This document shows, one piece after another, positions 56,026-64,000 of a stretch of 64,000 nt of DNA. The first letter of the stretch is position 1, and the number at the start of each line of letters is the position of its first letter. Location: assembly GCA_017468365.1 (NCBI GenBank), contig JAFUIS010000019.1, positions 11,009-75,008 on the forward strand, in the 5' to 3' direction. The notes beneath the pieces were generated by a model that saw only the letters and a list, made by a program, of their open reading frames with translations, made no database searches and was not told the DNA's origin. This DNA is from Oscillospiraceae bacterium (GTDB taxonomy: Bacteria > Bacillota > Clostridia > Oscillospirales > Ruminococcaceae). The position numbers and the translations under genes were made by a program.

Positions 56026-56490
56026 TCACATATTTTTATAGAGGTAAACATATTTACGTTCAAAAATTTTCTTTTTGTTCGAATTTTCAGCCTGTTCTTC
56101 GGCGGGAACAAAACCCCGTTTTAAATAAAAATCAATGGCTTTGGTATTCGTATCAAGAACGGTTATATATGGATTTTTACAAAGAGAAAGAGCGTGGCTG
56201 AGAAGTTTTGTGCCGTATCCTTTGCCCTGGTTTTCCGGAGAAACATATAAAAGGCAGATTTCTTCGTCTGTCGGATTTATTCCGACAATCCCGACAGGAA
56301 TCTCATCAGCATAATAAATATAAATAACATATAAATCCTTTAACTTATCATTTAAATAGTTTTTCATATATTCAAGGTCGTGTTTTTCGATAAATTCGGC
56401 GGAGCAGATATCTTTATGAGATTCCTTCCAGGAATCCATATATACTTTTGCCGCTTCGGACAGGTTTTCTTTATTGACGGAAACTATCAT
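56026..56490 (-). CDS. GNAT family N-acetyltransferase
   Basis: Start at MIVSVNKEN; acetyl-CoA motif QGKGYGTKLL. Confidence 0.8.
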   Translation of the reverse strand: MIVSVNKENLSEAAKVYMDSWKESHKDICSAEFIEKHDLEYMKNYLNDKLKDLYVIYIYYADEIPVGIVGINPTDEEICLLYVSPENQGKGYGTKLLSHALSLCKNPYITVLDTNTKAIDFYLKRGFVPAEEQAENSNKKKIFERKYVYLYKNM

Positions 56491-56551
56491 TGAAACACTT
56501 CCTTTTTCGAAAAAAATAAGCACCGTCTCGTAATGAAACAGTGCTTGATTT

Positions 56552-56626
<75 letters not shown>

Positions 56627-56665
56627 ATATATTTTAAGCCCCACAAAATTATGGGGCTTAAAATC

Positions 56666-56741
56666 TGGAGCGGGTTACGAGGCTCGAACTCGCTACCTCG
56701 ACCTTGGCAAGGTCGCGCTCTACCAGATGAGCTAAACCCGC
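56666..56741 (-). tRNA. tRNA-Gly (GCC), CCA encoded
   Basis: Minus strand GCGGGTTTAGCTCATCTGGTAGAGCGCGACCTTGCCAAGGTCG...AACCCGCTCCA; anticodon loop TTGCCAA. Confidence 0.9.
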
Positions 56742-56744
56742 AAA

Positions 56745-56820
56745 TGGTGCCTTCGGTCGGAATCGAACCAACGACACGGGGATTTTCAGTCCCCTGCTCT
56801 ACCAACTGAGCTACAAAGGC
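56745..56820 (-). tRNA. tRNA-Phe (GAA), CCA encoded
   Basis: Minus strand GCCTTTGTAGCTCAGTTGGTAGAGCAGGGGACTGAAAATCCCC...GAAGGCACCA. Confidence 0.9.
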
Positions 56821-56846
56821 ATATCGCATCTTTCAGCGACTTTGAT

Positions 56847-56875
56847 ATTATATAACATATTTTTGGAAATGTCAA
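56847..56875 (-). promoter_or_regulatory. consensus sigma-A promoter of the tRNA Phe-Gly-Cys cluster
   Basis: Minus strand TTGACA, 17-nt spacer, TATAAT. Confidence 0.8.
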
Positions 56876-56894
56876 CTACTATTTTAAAAATTTT

Positions 56895-57284
56895 TCAATT
56901 AATTATACAATATTCTTTTAAAATTTCGACAGTTTTCTCTCCAATGCCGTCAACAAGCAAAAGTTCATCAAAATCAAGGATAGTTCCCTTGCTGTTTCGG
57001 TAGTCGATAATGAGTTCGGCGGTGGTCGGACCGATATTCGGAATAAGCTGAAGAAGGTCGGAAGAAGCGGTATTTATTTCAATAGGAAACGCGGTTCCTT
57101 CGAATTCAGGGTCCGGAACAAATATATCCTCAGGAGTCGATTCCTCAATTTTTGAAATAAATTCAGGTTTATAATATTTGGGAGAATTCATAAAAGCGAT
57201 AATGCTTGCGCCGATAAGAAGAATGATTCCGCCGGCAACAAGTATTATCATCATTTTTCTGCTGAGTTTTTCTTCACCACTCAT
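56895..57284 (-). CDS. comEA: ComEA-family helix-hairpin-helix DNA-binding protein
   Basis: N-terminal TM; INTASSDLLQLIPNIGPTTAELII...LLLVDGIGEKT (two HhH motifs). Confidence 0.8.
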   Translation of the reverse strand: MSGEEKLSRKMMIILVAGGIILLIGASIIAFMNSPKYYKPEFISKIEESTPEDIFVPDPEFEGTAFPIEINTASSDLLQLIPNIGPTTAELIIDYRNSKGTILDFDELLLVDGIGEKTVEILKEYCIIN

Positions 57285-58089
57285 ACATTTCCTCCAGGAA
57301 CTCTATAAGGTGCGCTATGGCGTTTTCTTCACAGGAAGGAAGAATCAGGTCGGCTTTTTCTTTAAGGCTTTCCTGGGCATTTTCAACCGCAGCGCCGATG
57401 CCGGCTGCAAGAAGCATGTCGGAATCGTTTTCGTAATCGCCTACGGCAACAGAATTTTCAACCGGAATATCGATCATCTCACAAAGATGCCTTAAAGCAT
57501 CGCCTTTTGAATTATCTTTCGGAAGTATCTCAAGGAAAAACGGGCTGGACTGGACTATCCTTACCTCTTTTCCGGCGGAAGATTCAACGAATTTTCTGAT
57601 TTCCGGCATATTTTCAGGATCGCAGCAGATTATGAATTTATAAACCTCTTCAGGGATATCTTCGATACTGCCGCTGAAATAATTGAATTCTCGGTATGGA
57701 ATATATTTTTTGAGATATTCACCGGAAGTAAGAAGATTTACCGAATCGAAGCTTGCAAAATGACAGTCGCAATAATCGAATTTTTCGTATACTTTTTTTA
57801 CGATATAACGGGCATATTTTGAAATATAATGCGGTTCGATGATTTTATCTTTGTTCCAATCGTAAAAATAGCCGCCGTTGAGATGAACGGATGGGGCGTT
57901 TATGGGAATATCCTTTAAAAGTTCCCTGGCAACGTCGATTGCACGGCCGGTGGATACTGTAAAGTGTCCGCCCTTGTCAGTGAATCTTTTGATAGCTTCA
58001 AGATTTTTAGGCGAAATTCCCTTCTCAGCTCTCATCAAAGTGCCGTCGACGTCGGTGATTATAAGAATATCCGAAAGGCTTTCGATCAT
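57274..58089 (-). CDS. Cof-type HAD-IIB phosphatase
   Basis: DVDGTL motif I, GDYENDSDM motif IV. Confidence 0.85.
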   Translation of the reverse strand: MIESLSDILIITDVDGTLMRAEKGISPKNLEAIKRFTDKGGHFTVSTGRAIDVARELLKDIPINAPSVHLNGGYFYDWNKDKIIEPHYISKYARYIVKKVYEKFDYCDCHFASFDSVNLLTSGEYLKKYIPYREFNYFSGSIEDIPEEVYKFIICCDPENMPEIRKFVESSAGKEVRIVQSSPFFLEILPKDNSKGDALRHLCEMIDIPVENSVAVGDYENDSDMLLAAGIGAAVENAQESLKEKADLILPSCEENAIAHLIEFLEEMYEW

Positions 58090-59003
58090 CAGATCTCCTC
58101 CAGTTTTCTTTCAAATTCCGTAAAATATTCCGGAAGCGGAGCAGTGAACTCCATATATTCCCCGGATCTGGGGTGTATGAAACCAAGAGTTCCCGCGTGC
58201 AGACACTGTCCTCCAAGCTGAGTTATGACGTTTTTCGGTCCGTAAACCGCATCTCCGGCAACCGGATGACCTATATACGCCATATGTACACGTATCTGGT
58301 GGGTTCTGCCGGTTTTCAGTTTGCACTGAACATGAGTGTATCCCTTATAACGTTTTACAACGGAATAATGCGTCTGTGCGCTTCTGCCGCCGTCTATGAC
58401 GGCCATCTTCTTGCGGTCTTTGGAACTGCGGCCGATAGGAGCATCAACATCTCCCTCTTCGGGCATATTCACACCGTAAACTATCGTCTGATAGATTCGG
58501 TTGAGGCTGTGTTCTTTAATTTGTGCCGCAAGAGAAACGTGGGCAAAGTCGTTTTTTGCAACAAGCAAAAGGCCGCTGGTATCCTTATCGATGCGGTGAA
58601 CGATTCCGGGACGAAGGATTCCGTTTATGCCGGAAAGGCTGTCTTTGCAGTGCCACAAAAGCGCGTTGACAAGGGTTCCGTTGTGGTTTCCGGGTGCGGG
58701 ATGAACGACCATTCCTTTTGGCTTATAAACGACCAGAAGGTCGTCGTCTTCATAATAAATATCCAGCGGAATTTCCTCTGCTTCAACATCAAGAGAAACC
58801 GCATCTGGAATTATTACCGAAACGTCCTCCCCTTCTTTTAAAACGCGGCTTTTTGCAATGGGCTTTTCATCGATAAGAACGTTTCCGGCGGAAATAAGTT
58901 TCTGCAGCGCAGAGCGCGTAAGGTGGTCTATCGCTTCCGCAAGAAACTTATCGGCTCTTGTTCCGTCAAATTCTTCCGGAACGGTAACGATTATTTTATT
59001 CAT
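58089..59003 (-). CDS. rluD: RluA-family 23S rRNA pseudouridine synthase (RluD-like)
   Basis: Start at MNKIIVTV; S4 domain; HRIDKDTSGLL catalytic motif. Confidence 0.9.
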   Translation of the reverse strand: MNKIIVTVPEEFDGTRADKFLAEAIDHLTRSALQKLISAGNVLIDEKPIAKSRVLKEGEDVSVIIPDAVSLDVEAEEIPLDIYYEDDDLLVVYKPKGMVVHPAPGNHNGTLVNALLWHCKDSLSGINGILRPGIVHRIDKDTSGLLLVAKNDFAHVSLAAQIKEHSLNRIYQTIVYGVNMPEEGDVDAPIGRSSKDRKKMAVIDGGRSAQTHYSVVKRYKGYTHVQCKLKTGRTHQIRVHMAYIGHPVAGDAVYGPKNVITQLGGQCLHAGTLGFIHPRSGEYMEFTAPLPEYFTEFERKLEEI

Positions 59004-59535
59004 CTTTTTTTGCTCCGCCGAAAAGTTTTTCAAGGTCTTTGTCTATCTCGTCAAATTCGTTTGTTTTTTCCGCTTTTGCTTTCTTTTCTTTTTTATCGGA
59101 AAGATATACGGAAAGACAAACAAGAAAAGCGCCTACACAGATGCAGATATCCGCGATATTGAAGATAGCAAAGTTTATGATTCGAACGTCGATATAGTCG
59201 ATAACGTAACCGAGGCTGATTCTGTCGATAAGGTTTCCCACACCGCCGGAAAGCATGAGCGCAAGAGCAATCTGCTCAAGCTTGCTGGTGACTTTTCCGG
59301 AAAGGAAAAACGCGAGTACGACAAGAAGCATGCCGGAGGTGACAAAGATGAGCATCCATCTGTTGTCGGAGAACATGCTGAAAGCAACGCCGGTGTTTTC
59401 GGTATATTTAAGGTAAAGAACATGTTCGATCAAAGTGATATCGCCTTTTGTAAGGACTTCAGCGGCCCAGTTTTTTACAATCTGGTCTATAGCGATAAAA
59501 AACACGGCGATTATTGTAGAAACAAGCTGAAACAT
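58996..59535 (-). CDS. lspA: lipoprotein signal peptidase II
   Basis: 4 TM; GNLIDR and FNIAD motifs. Confidence 0.9.
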   Translation of the reverse strand: MFQLVSTIIAVFFIAIDQIVKNWAAEVLTKGDITLIEHVLYLKYTENTGVAFSMFSDNRWMLIFVTSGMLLVVLAFFLSGKVTSKLEQIALALMLSGGVGNLIDRISLGYVIDYIDVRIINFAIFNIADICICVGAFLVCLSVYLSDKKEKKAKAEKTNEFDEIDKDLEKLFGGAKKDE

Positions 59536-59544
59536 TTTGCCTCC

Positions 59545-59580
59545 AAAAAGATTACGGGCGGAATTTCAAATCCCGCCCGT
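59545..59580 (-). terminator. terminator after ileS
   Basis: ACGGGCGGG-atttgaaatt-CCGCCCGT then AATCTTTTT (minus strand). Confidence 0.7.
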
Positions 59581-59595
59581 AGTATTTGTTTAAAA

Positions 59596-62361
59596 TCAGC
59601 CTACGATTTCTGCGCAGCGGGCACAAAGAGTAGGATGTTCGGCACATTCGCCGACGGTGTGGCTGTGGATCCAGCAGCGTTCGCATTTTTCGCCGGGAGC
59701 TACTTCAACTTTTACGTCTACGCCGTCAAATTCGGATTTTGCAATTTCGACTGCGGAAACGATGAAAGCGGAAACAAGGTCGCCTTCGGCGGATTTTGCA
59801 AATTCATACCAGTCTCTACCGCAATTGAGTGTGACTTTTGCTTCAAGGGATTTGCCGATAAGTTTCTGAGCACGGGCTTCTTCAAGTGCTTTATTGACAA
59901 TATCGCGAAGTTCGTCGATTTTTTCCCATTTTGCCATGAATTCTTCATCAGCTTCAATACCGCTCTTTTCAGGGATCTGGTTGAAGAATACGGAACCTGC
60001 ATCGTCTTTTTCGCTTCTGGGAAGGTATCCCCAGATCTCTTCAGCGGTGAAAGAAAGGATCGGTGCAAGGCAAAGAGTCATGCCGCGAAGGATGTTGTAA
60101 ATAACGGTCTGTGCAGCACGGCGGCTTGCGCTGTCGGATTTTTCAACATAAAGTCTGTCTTTGAGGATATCAAGATAGAAGTTGGAAAGATCAGTGGTGC
60201 AGAAATCGCGGATTGCGGAATAAACGATATGGAAATCGAATTTATCGTATGCGTTTTTGCATTTTTCAAGAATTTCATCCATTCTTGCAAGAGCCCATTT
60301 ATCGATGCCGTCAAGGTTCTCGATTGCAACGGAATCCTTATCGGGATCGAAGTCGTTGAGGTTGGAAAGGATGAATCTTGCGGTGTTTCTGATCTTACGG
60401 TAAACGTCGGAAAGCTGTTTAAGGATATCGGGAGAAATTCTGATATCTGCGTGGTAATCGGAAGATGCTACCCAGCTTCTGAGGATATCTGCGCCGAATT
60501 TATCGGTTACTTCATCGGGGCTCATGCCGTTGCCGAGAGATTTGTGCATTGCTTTGCCTTCGCCGTCAACAACCCAGCCGTGGGTGCAGACTGCTTTGTA
60601 AGGTGCGCCGCCTTTGGAAGCAACGGAAGTAAGAAGAGAGGACTGGAACCAGCCGCGGTACTGGTCTGCGCCTTCGAGATAAAGGTCTGCAGGCCATTTA
60701 AGACCGTGTTCTTCGTCACAAACTGCTGCATGGGAAACACCGGAGTCGAACCAAACGTCCATGATATTGTTATCTTTGGTGAATTCAGTGCAGCCGCATT
60801 CGCATTTGAAGCCATCGGGAAGAATCTCGTTTGCTTCATATTTGAACCAAGCGTCACTTCCCTCTTTTTCAAAGAGATCTGCAACAGCTTTGATGGTTTC
60901 TTCGTTGATGATAATTTTGCCGCAATCTTTGCAGTAGAAGATCGGAATCGGAACGCCCCAGGTTCTCTGACGGCTGATGCACCAGTCACTGCGGTCGTTT
61001 ACCATACCTTTAATTCTGTCGCCGCCCCATTCGGGAATCCACTGAACGGTGTCGATAGCTTTGCATGCGTCCTCTTTGAATCCGTCAACAGAGCAGAACC
61101 ACTGTTCGGTTGCGCGGAAGATTATGGGAGATTTGCATCTCCAGCAGTGAGGATATTGGTGGATGATTTTTTCGCTGGTGAAAAGTGCGTTGAGTTCAAC
61201 GAGTTTTGCGTAAATGGCTTTGTTGGCTTCGTCGGTGGTAAGACCTTCGAACTCGCCTGCTTCTGCAGTAAGTTTGCCGTCGCCGTCAACCGGTACGATG
61301 ATCGGAATTTCGGGATAGTGGTTTACGCAGACTTCGAAGTCTTCGACACCGTGGCCGGGAGCGGTATGAACACAGCCGGTACCGGATTCAAGAGTAACGT
61401 GATCGCCTACGATTACAAGACCGGTTCTGTCGATAAACGGATGTTTATAAACGATATATTCAAGGTCTTTACCTTTTACGCTGGTTTCGGAAACGGTGTA
61501 TTCTTCGATTTTTGCTGCTTTCATGGCGCTTTCAACAAGCTCTTTTGCCATGATGTAATATTCGCCGTTTGCTTTTACTGCAACGTATTCATAATCGGGT
61601 CCAAGGCAGATTGCAAGGTTGCCGGGAAGAGTCCAGGTGGTGGTGGTCCAGATTACGAAATAGGTTTTGTCAAGTTCGGTTCCGAGTACGGAAAGTTTGC
61701 CCTGGTCTTCTTCAACTTTGAATTTTACATAGATGGAATGGCAGGTATCTTCCTCATACTCGATTTCGGCTTCTGCAAGAGCGGTCTTGCATTCAGGGCA
61801 CCAGTAAACAGGTTTAAGACCTTTATAGATGAAGTCCTTTTTTGCCATTTCGCCGAAAATGCGGATCTGTTCAGCTTCGTGTTTATGCTGGAAAGTAAGA
61901 TAAGGACGGAAATAATCGCCGATGCTTCCGAGACGGATAAATTCTTTTCTCTGAACATCTACGAAATGCTCCGCGAATTCCTGGCAGACTTTGCGAAGTT
62001 CAATAGCGGAATGAATGTTTTCAACACCGACTTTTTTCATTGCTTTAAGCTCGATAGGAAGTCCGTGGGTATCCCAGCCGGGTACGAAAGGAGCTTTGAA
62101 ACCGCTCATGTTCTTATATTTTACGATAAAGTCTTTGAGAACTTTGTTAAGAGCAGTACCCATATGGATGTCGCCGTTTGCATAAGGAGGGCCGTCATGA
62201 AGAACATAAAGAGGAAGGTCTTTGTTCTTCTCCATAAGTTTCTGATAAAGTTCTTCTTTCTGCCATTTTTCGATCATTTCCGGTTCGCGCTGAGGAAGTC
62301 CTGCACGCATGGGAAAATCGGTTTTAGGCAAATTCATTGTTGCGTTATAATCAATTGCCAT
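59596..62361 (-). CDS. ileS: isoleucine--tRNA ligase
   Basis: 921 aa; PYANGDIHMGT (HIGH), KMHKS (KMSKS), C-terminal zinc-binding Cys pairs. Confidence 0.95.
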   Translation of the reverse strand: MAIDYNATMNLPKTDFPMRAGLPQREPEMIEKWQKEELYQKLMEKNKDLPLYVLHDGPPYANGDIHMGTALNKVLKDFIVKYKNMSGFKAPFVPGWDTHGLPIELKAMKKVGVENIHSAIELRKVCQEFAEHFVDVQRKEFIRLGSIGDYFRPYLTFQHKHEAEQIRIFGEMAKKDFIYKGLKPVYWCPECKTALAEAEIEYEEDTCHSIYVKFKVEEDQGKLSVLGTELDKTYFVIWTTTTWTLPGNLAICLGPDYEYVAVKANGEYYIMAKELVESAMKAAKIEEYTVSETSVKGKDLEYIVYKHPFIDRTGLVIVGDHVTLESGTGCVHTAPGHGVEDFEVCVNHYPEIPIIVPVDGDGKLTAEAGEFEGLTTDEANKAIYAKLVELNALFTSEKIIHQYPHCWRCKSPIIFRATEQWFCSVDGFKEDACKAIDTVQWIPEWGGDRIKGMVNDRSDWCISRQRTWGVPIPIFYCKDCGKIIINEETIKAVADLFEKEGSDAWFKYEANEILPDGFKCECGCTEFTKDNNIMDVWFDSGVSHAAVCDEEHGLKWPADLYLEGADQYRGWFQSSLLTSVASKGGAPYKAVCTHGWVVDGEGKAMHKSLGNGMSPDEVTDKFGADILRSWVASSDYHADIRISPDILKQLSDVYRKIRNTARFILSNLNDFDPDKDSVAIENLDGIDKWALARMDEILEKCKNAYDKFDFHIVYSAIRDFCTTDLSNFYLDILKDRLYVEKSDSASRRAAQTVIYNILRGMTLCLAPILSFTAEEIWGYLPRSEKDDAGSVFFNQIPEKSGIEADEEFMAKWEKIDELRDIVNKALEEARAQKLIGKSLEAKVTLNCGRDWYEFAKSAEGDLVSAFIVSAVEIAKSEFDGVDVKVEVAPGEKCERCWIHSHTVGECAEHPTLCARCAEIVG

Positions 62362-62384
62362 TTCTTGTTTGTTTCTCCTATCGA

Positions 62385-62987
62385 TTAATCTTGTACTTCG
62401 AGATCTATTCTTTTGGTCTCGGCCATGGAAACTTCGTCAAAATCGATATCTTCGGTTTCTTCGATAGTTTCTTCAACAACGGTTTCTTCTGCTTCAACAG
62501 GTTCTTCGGAAAGAACTTCTTCTTCGGCAGTTTTTTCTTCACCGTTTTCGGGCATGAGGCTTATAAGTTCAAGATGCTGTCTGTACATAGCCAGAAGGCG
62601 TTTTTTGAACTCGGCGGTTTCTTTCTGAAGACCGACAAGAGTTTCTTTTTCTTTGATGATTTTGGATTCGGAATCCGCAAAAACCTGTTTTACCTGATTT
62701 TCGGCATCTGCAATCATGACTTCGGCTTTTGCCTTGGAATCACGAACAATATTCTCGCCAAGTTTCTGTGCGCCGAGAAGAACGGTTTTAAGGCTGTCTT
62801 CGTTTGCGCGGTATTCTTCAAGTTTTTCTGCAAGAACTTCGAGCTTTTCTTCTGCTGCTGCTTTTTCTTCATACATCGCTTTATAAGAAGCAATGATATC
62901 GCCGAGGAATGCGTCTACCTCTTCGGGTTTATAACCGAAAGCGGCTTTTTCAAATTTTTTGTTTACAATATCGTTCGGGGTTATCAC
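62385..62987 (-). CDS. divIVA: cell division protein DivIVA
   Basis: MITPNDIVNKKFEKAAFGYKPEEVDAFL N-terminus; coiled-coil; acidic tail. Confidence 0.9.
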   Translation of the reverse strand: MITPNDIVNKKFEKAAFGYKPEEVDAFLGDIIASYKAMYEEKAAAEEKLEVLAEKLEEYRANEDSLKTVLLGAQKLGENIVRDSKAKAEVMIADAENQVKQVFADSESKIIKEKETLVGLQKETAEFKKRLLAMYRQHLELISLMPENGEEKTAEEEVLSEEPVEAEETVVEETIEETEDIDFDEVSMAETKRIDLEVQD

Positions 62988-63015
62988 AGATATTCACCTC
63001 CGCTAAAAATTTTAA

Positions 63016-63489
63016 TTAGAAGAATACGCCGCTGCTTTCGAGCTCATCAAGAAGGTCACCCATAATGTTTACATTATAAGGAGTGATGATGTAAGTGCTG
63101 TTTGCAACGCGTTTGATCTGGCCGTTGTTTGCATAAGCAACGCCGCTGAGGAAGTCGATGAGTCTTCTGGAAACTTCTTTGTTGGTTGCTTCAAGGTTAA
63201 GTACTACGGTGTGTTTGGAATTAAGGTGGTCTGCTACGGGTCTTGCATCGTCAAAACGTTCGGGTTTTACAAGAACGACCTGAAGCTGGGTGGTGGTATG
63301 GATGTTTACGACTTTGTTCTGTTTGGAATCTGCAGAAACGGATTTTCCGAAAATGGAAGTTTTGGCGGTGTCGCCTTCTTCGGTAAGGTCTTCGGTTTCT
63401 TCGCCTTCTGCAAGGTTTTCTTCGTCGTACATTTCGTCAGCATCCTCGGGAATTCCAAGCATACCTTTTACTTTGTCCATAAATGCCAT
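63016..63489 (-). CDS. sepF: cell division protein SepF
   Basis: 157 aa; conserved C-terminal domain (VVLVKPERFDDARPVADHL...VVLNL). Confidence 0.9.
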   Translation of the reverse strand: MAFMDKVKGMLGIPEDADEMYDEENLAEGEETEDLTEEGDTAKTSIFGKSVSADSKQNKVVNIHTTTQLQVVLVKPERFDDARPVADHLNSKHTVVLNLEATNKEVSRRLIDFLSGVAYANNGQIKRVANSTYIITPYNVNIMGDLLDELESSGVFF

Positions 63490-63523
63490 TTGTGTTTCCT
63501 CCTGTAAAAAATCTTTCGATTGA

Positions 63524-64000
63524 TTAGACTTTGTTATAATTTCTTTCGCCGAAAAGGCCGCGTCCGACTCTTACGATATTTGCGCCTTCCGAAACGGCAA
63601 GCTCAAAATCTCCGGACATACCCATCGACAATATATTAATATATATATTATCTATGTTTTTACTCTTAATGTCAACCAATAGAGCACGCATTTTTGCAAA
63701 ATATTGCCTTGTTTCTTCAATTTCTGCTCCAAAACGGCCTATTGTCATAAGTCCGCGCAGCCTGAGATGTGGAAATTCGCTTATTTTGACAGAAGCTTCA
63801 ACAACTTCTTCCGGCGAAAAACCGCCTTTGCTTTCTTCGTTTGCAATGTTGACTTCAAGAAGGATATCCATCGTTTTACCGATTTTTGCACAGCGTTTTT
63901 CGATTTCTTCCGCTAGTTTTATGGAATCGACGGATTCGATCATCGTCACTTTATTGACGATATATTTTACCTTATTCGTCTGCAGACTTCCGATAAAATG
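63524..64000 (-). CDS. yggS: YggS-family pyridoxal-phosphate-binding protein (N-terminus beyond window end)
   Basis: Frame stays open to base 64000 (HFIGSLQTNKVKYIV upstream of the track's GTG); C-terminal SMGMSGDFELA, RVGRGLFG. Confidence 0.9.
   Translation of the reverse strand, partial: HFIGSLQTNKVKYIVNKVTMIESVDSIKLAEEIEKRCAKIGKTMDILLEVNIANEESKGGFSPEEVVEASVKISEFPHLRLRGLMTIGRFGAEIEETRQYFAKMRALLVDIKSKNIDNIYINILSMGMSGDFELAVSEGANIVRVGRGLFGERNYNKV

Noticed and set aside
58858-62388. 1176-aa ORF on the + strand opposite ileS. Similar long antisense ORFs are 1043-3514 (opposite lon), 41902-44412 (opposite dxs/ispA), 6659-8551 (opposite the permease), 36271-37797 (opposite tyrS) and 17663-18835 (opposite scfB).
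   Set aside because: These are shadow ORFs. Their translations are low-complexity (F/K/N/G/V-rich) with no motifs, while the opposite strand encodes unmistakable full-length housekeeping proteins. In these genes the codons whose reverse complements are stops (TTA, CTA, TCA) look rare, which would keep the antisense frame open.

Overview
The window is a chromosomal segment from an endospore-forming Firmicute, probably class Clostridia. The evidence is a complete spoIIIAA-AH operon, cwlD, the SCIFF peptide with its maturase, and clpX-lon-engB synteny. About 80% of it is ordinary, densely packed housekeeping DNA:
- proteases (clpX, lon)
- queA-tgt-yajC
- dapA/asd
- radA, recN, ligA, xseAB
- a cobalamin lower-ligand cluster (cobCUST)
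- tyrS with a T-box leader, and ileS
- dxs/ispA
- divIVA/sepF/yggS
- four tRNAs

The standout locus is 19.7-26.2 kb. A ~5.4 kb inovirus-like (filamentous phage) element carries a Zot-type assembly ATPase, a 59-aa major-coat-like protein, a string of tiny membrane ORFs, a pMV158-type HUH Rep with a CopG-like repressor, and a hairpin origin. It has no integrase of its own.

The element is bracketed by two dif-like sites. Their outer arms recombine on paper into a perfect 12-6-12 palindrome lying 26 nt upstream of a chromosomal XerC/D-family recombinase gene. Coding-strand polarity flips from mostly + to almost entirely - at this same position, which is what a replication terminus looks like. Together this suggests a single-recombinase/dif module (XerS/difSL-like) hijacked by a Gram-positive IMEX-type filamentous prophage.

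Secondary items:
- a two-gene islet (small HNH nuclease plus an acidic repeat protein) behind a long structured leader
- a rubredoxin gene missing from the ORF track
- an orphan radical SAM/SPASM enzyme
- an outsized FtsX permease paired with an orphan membrane-anchored PstS-like binding protein

All coordinates and motifs were read by eye. Family assignments rest on recognisable motifs, not on database searches.
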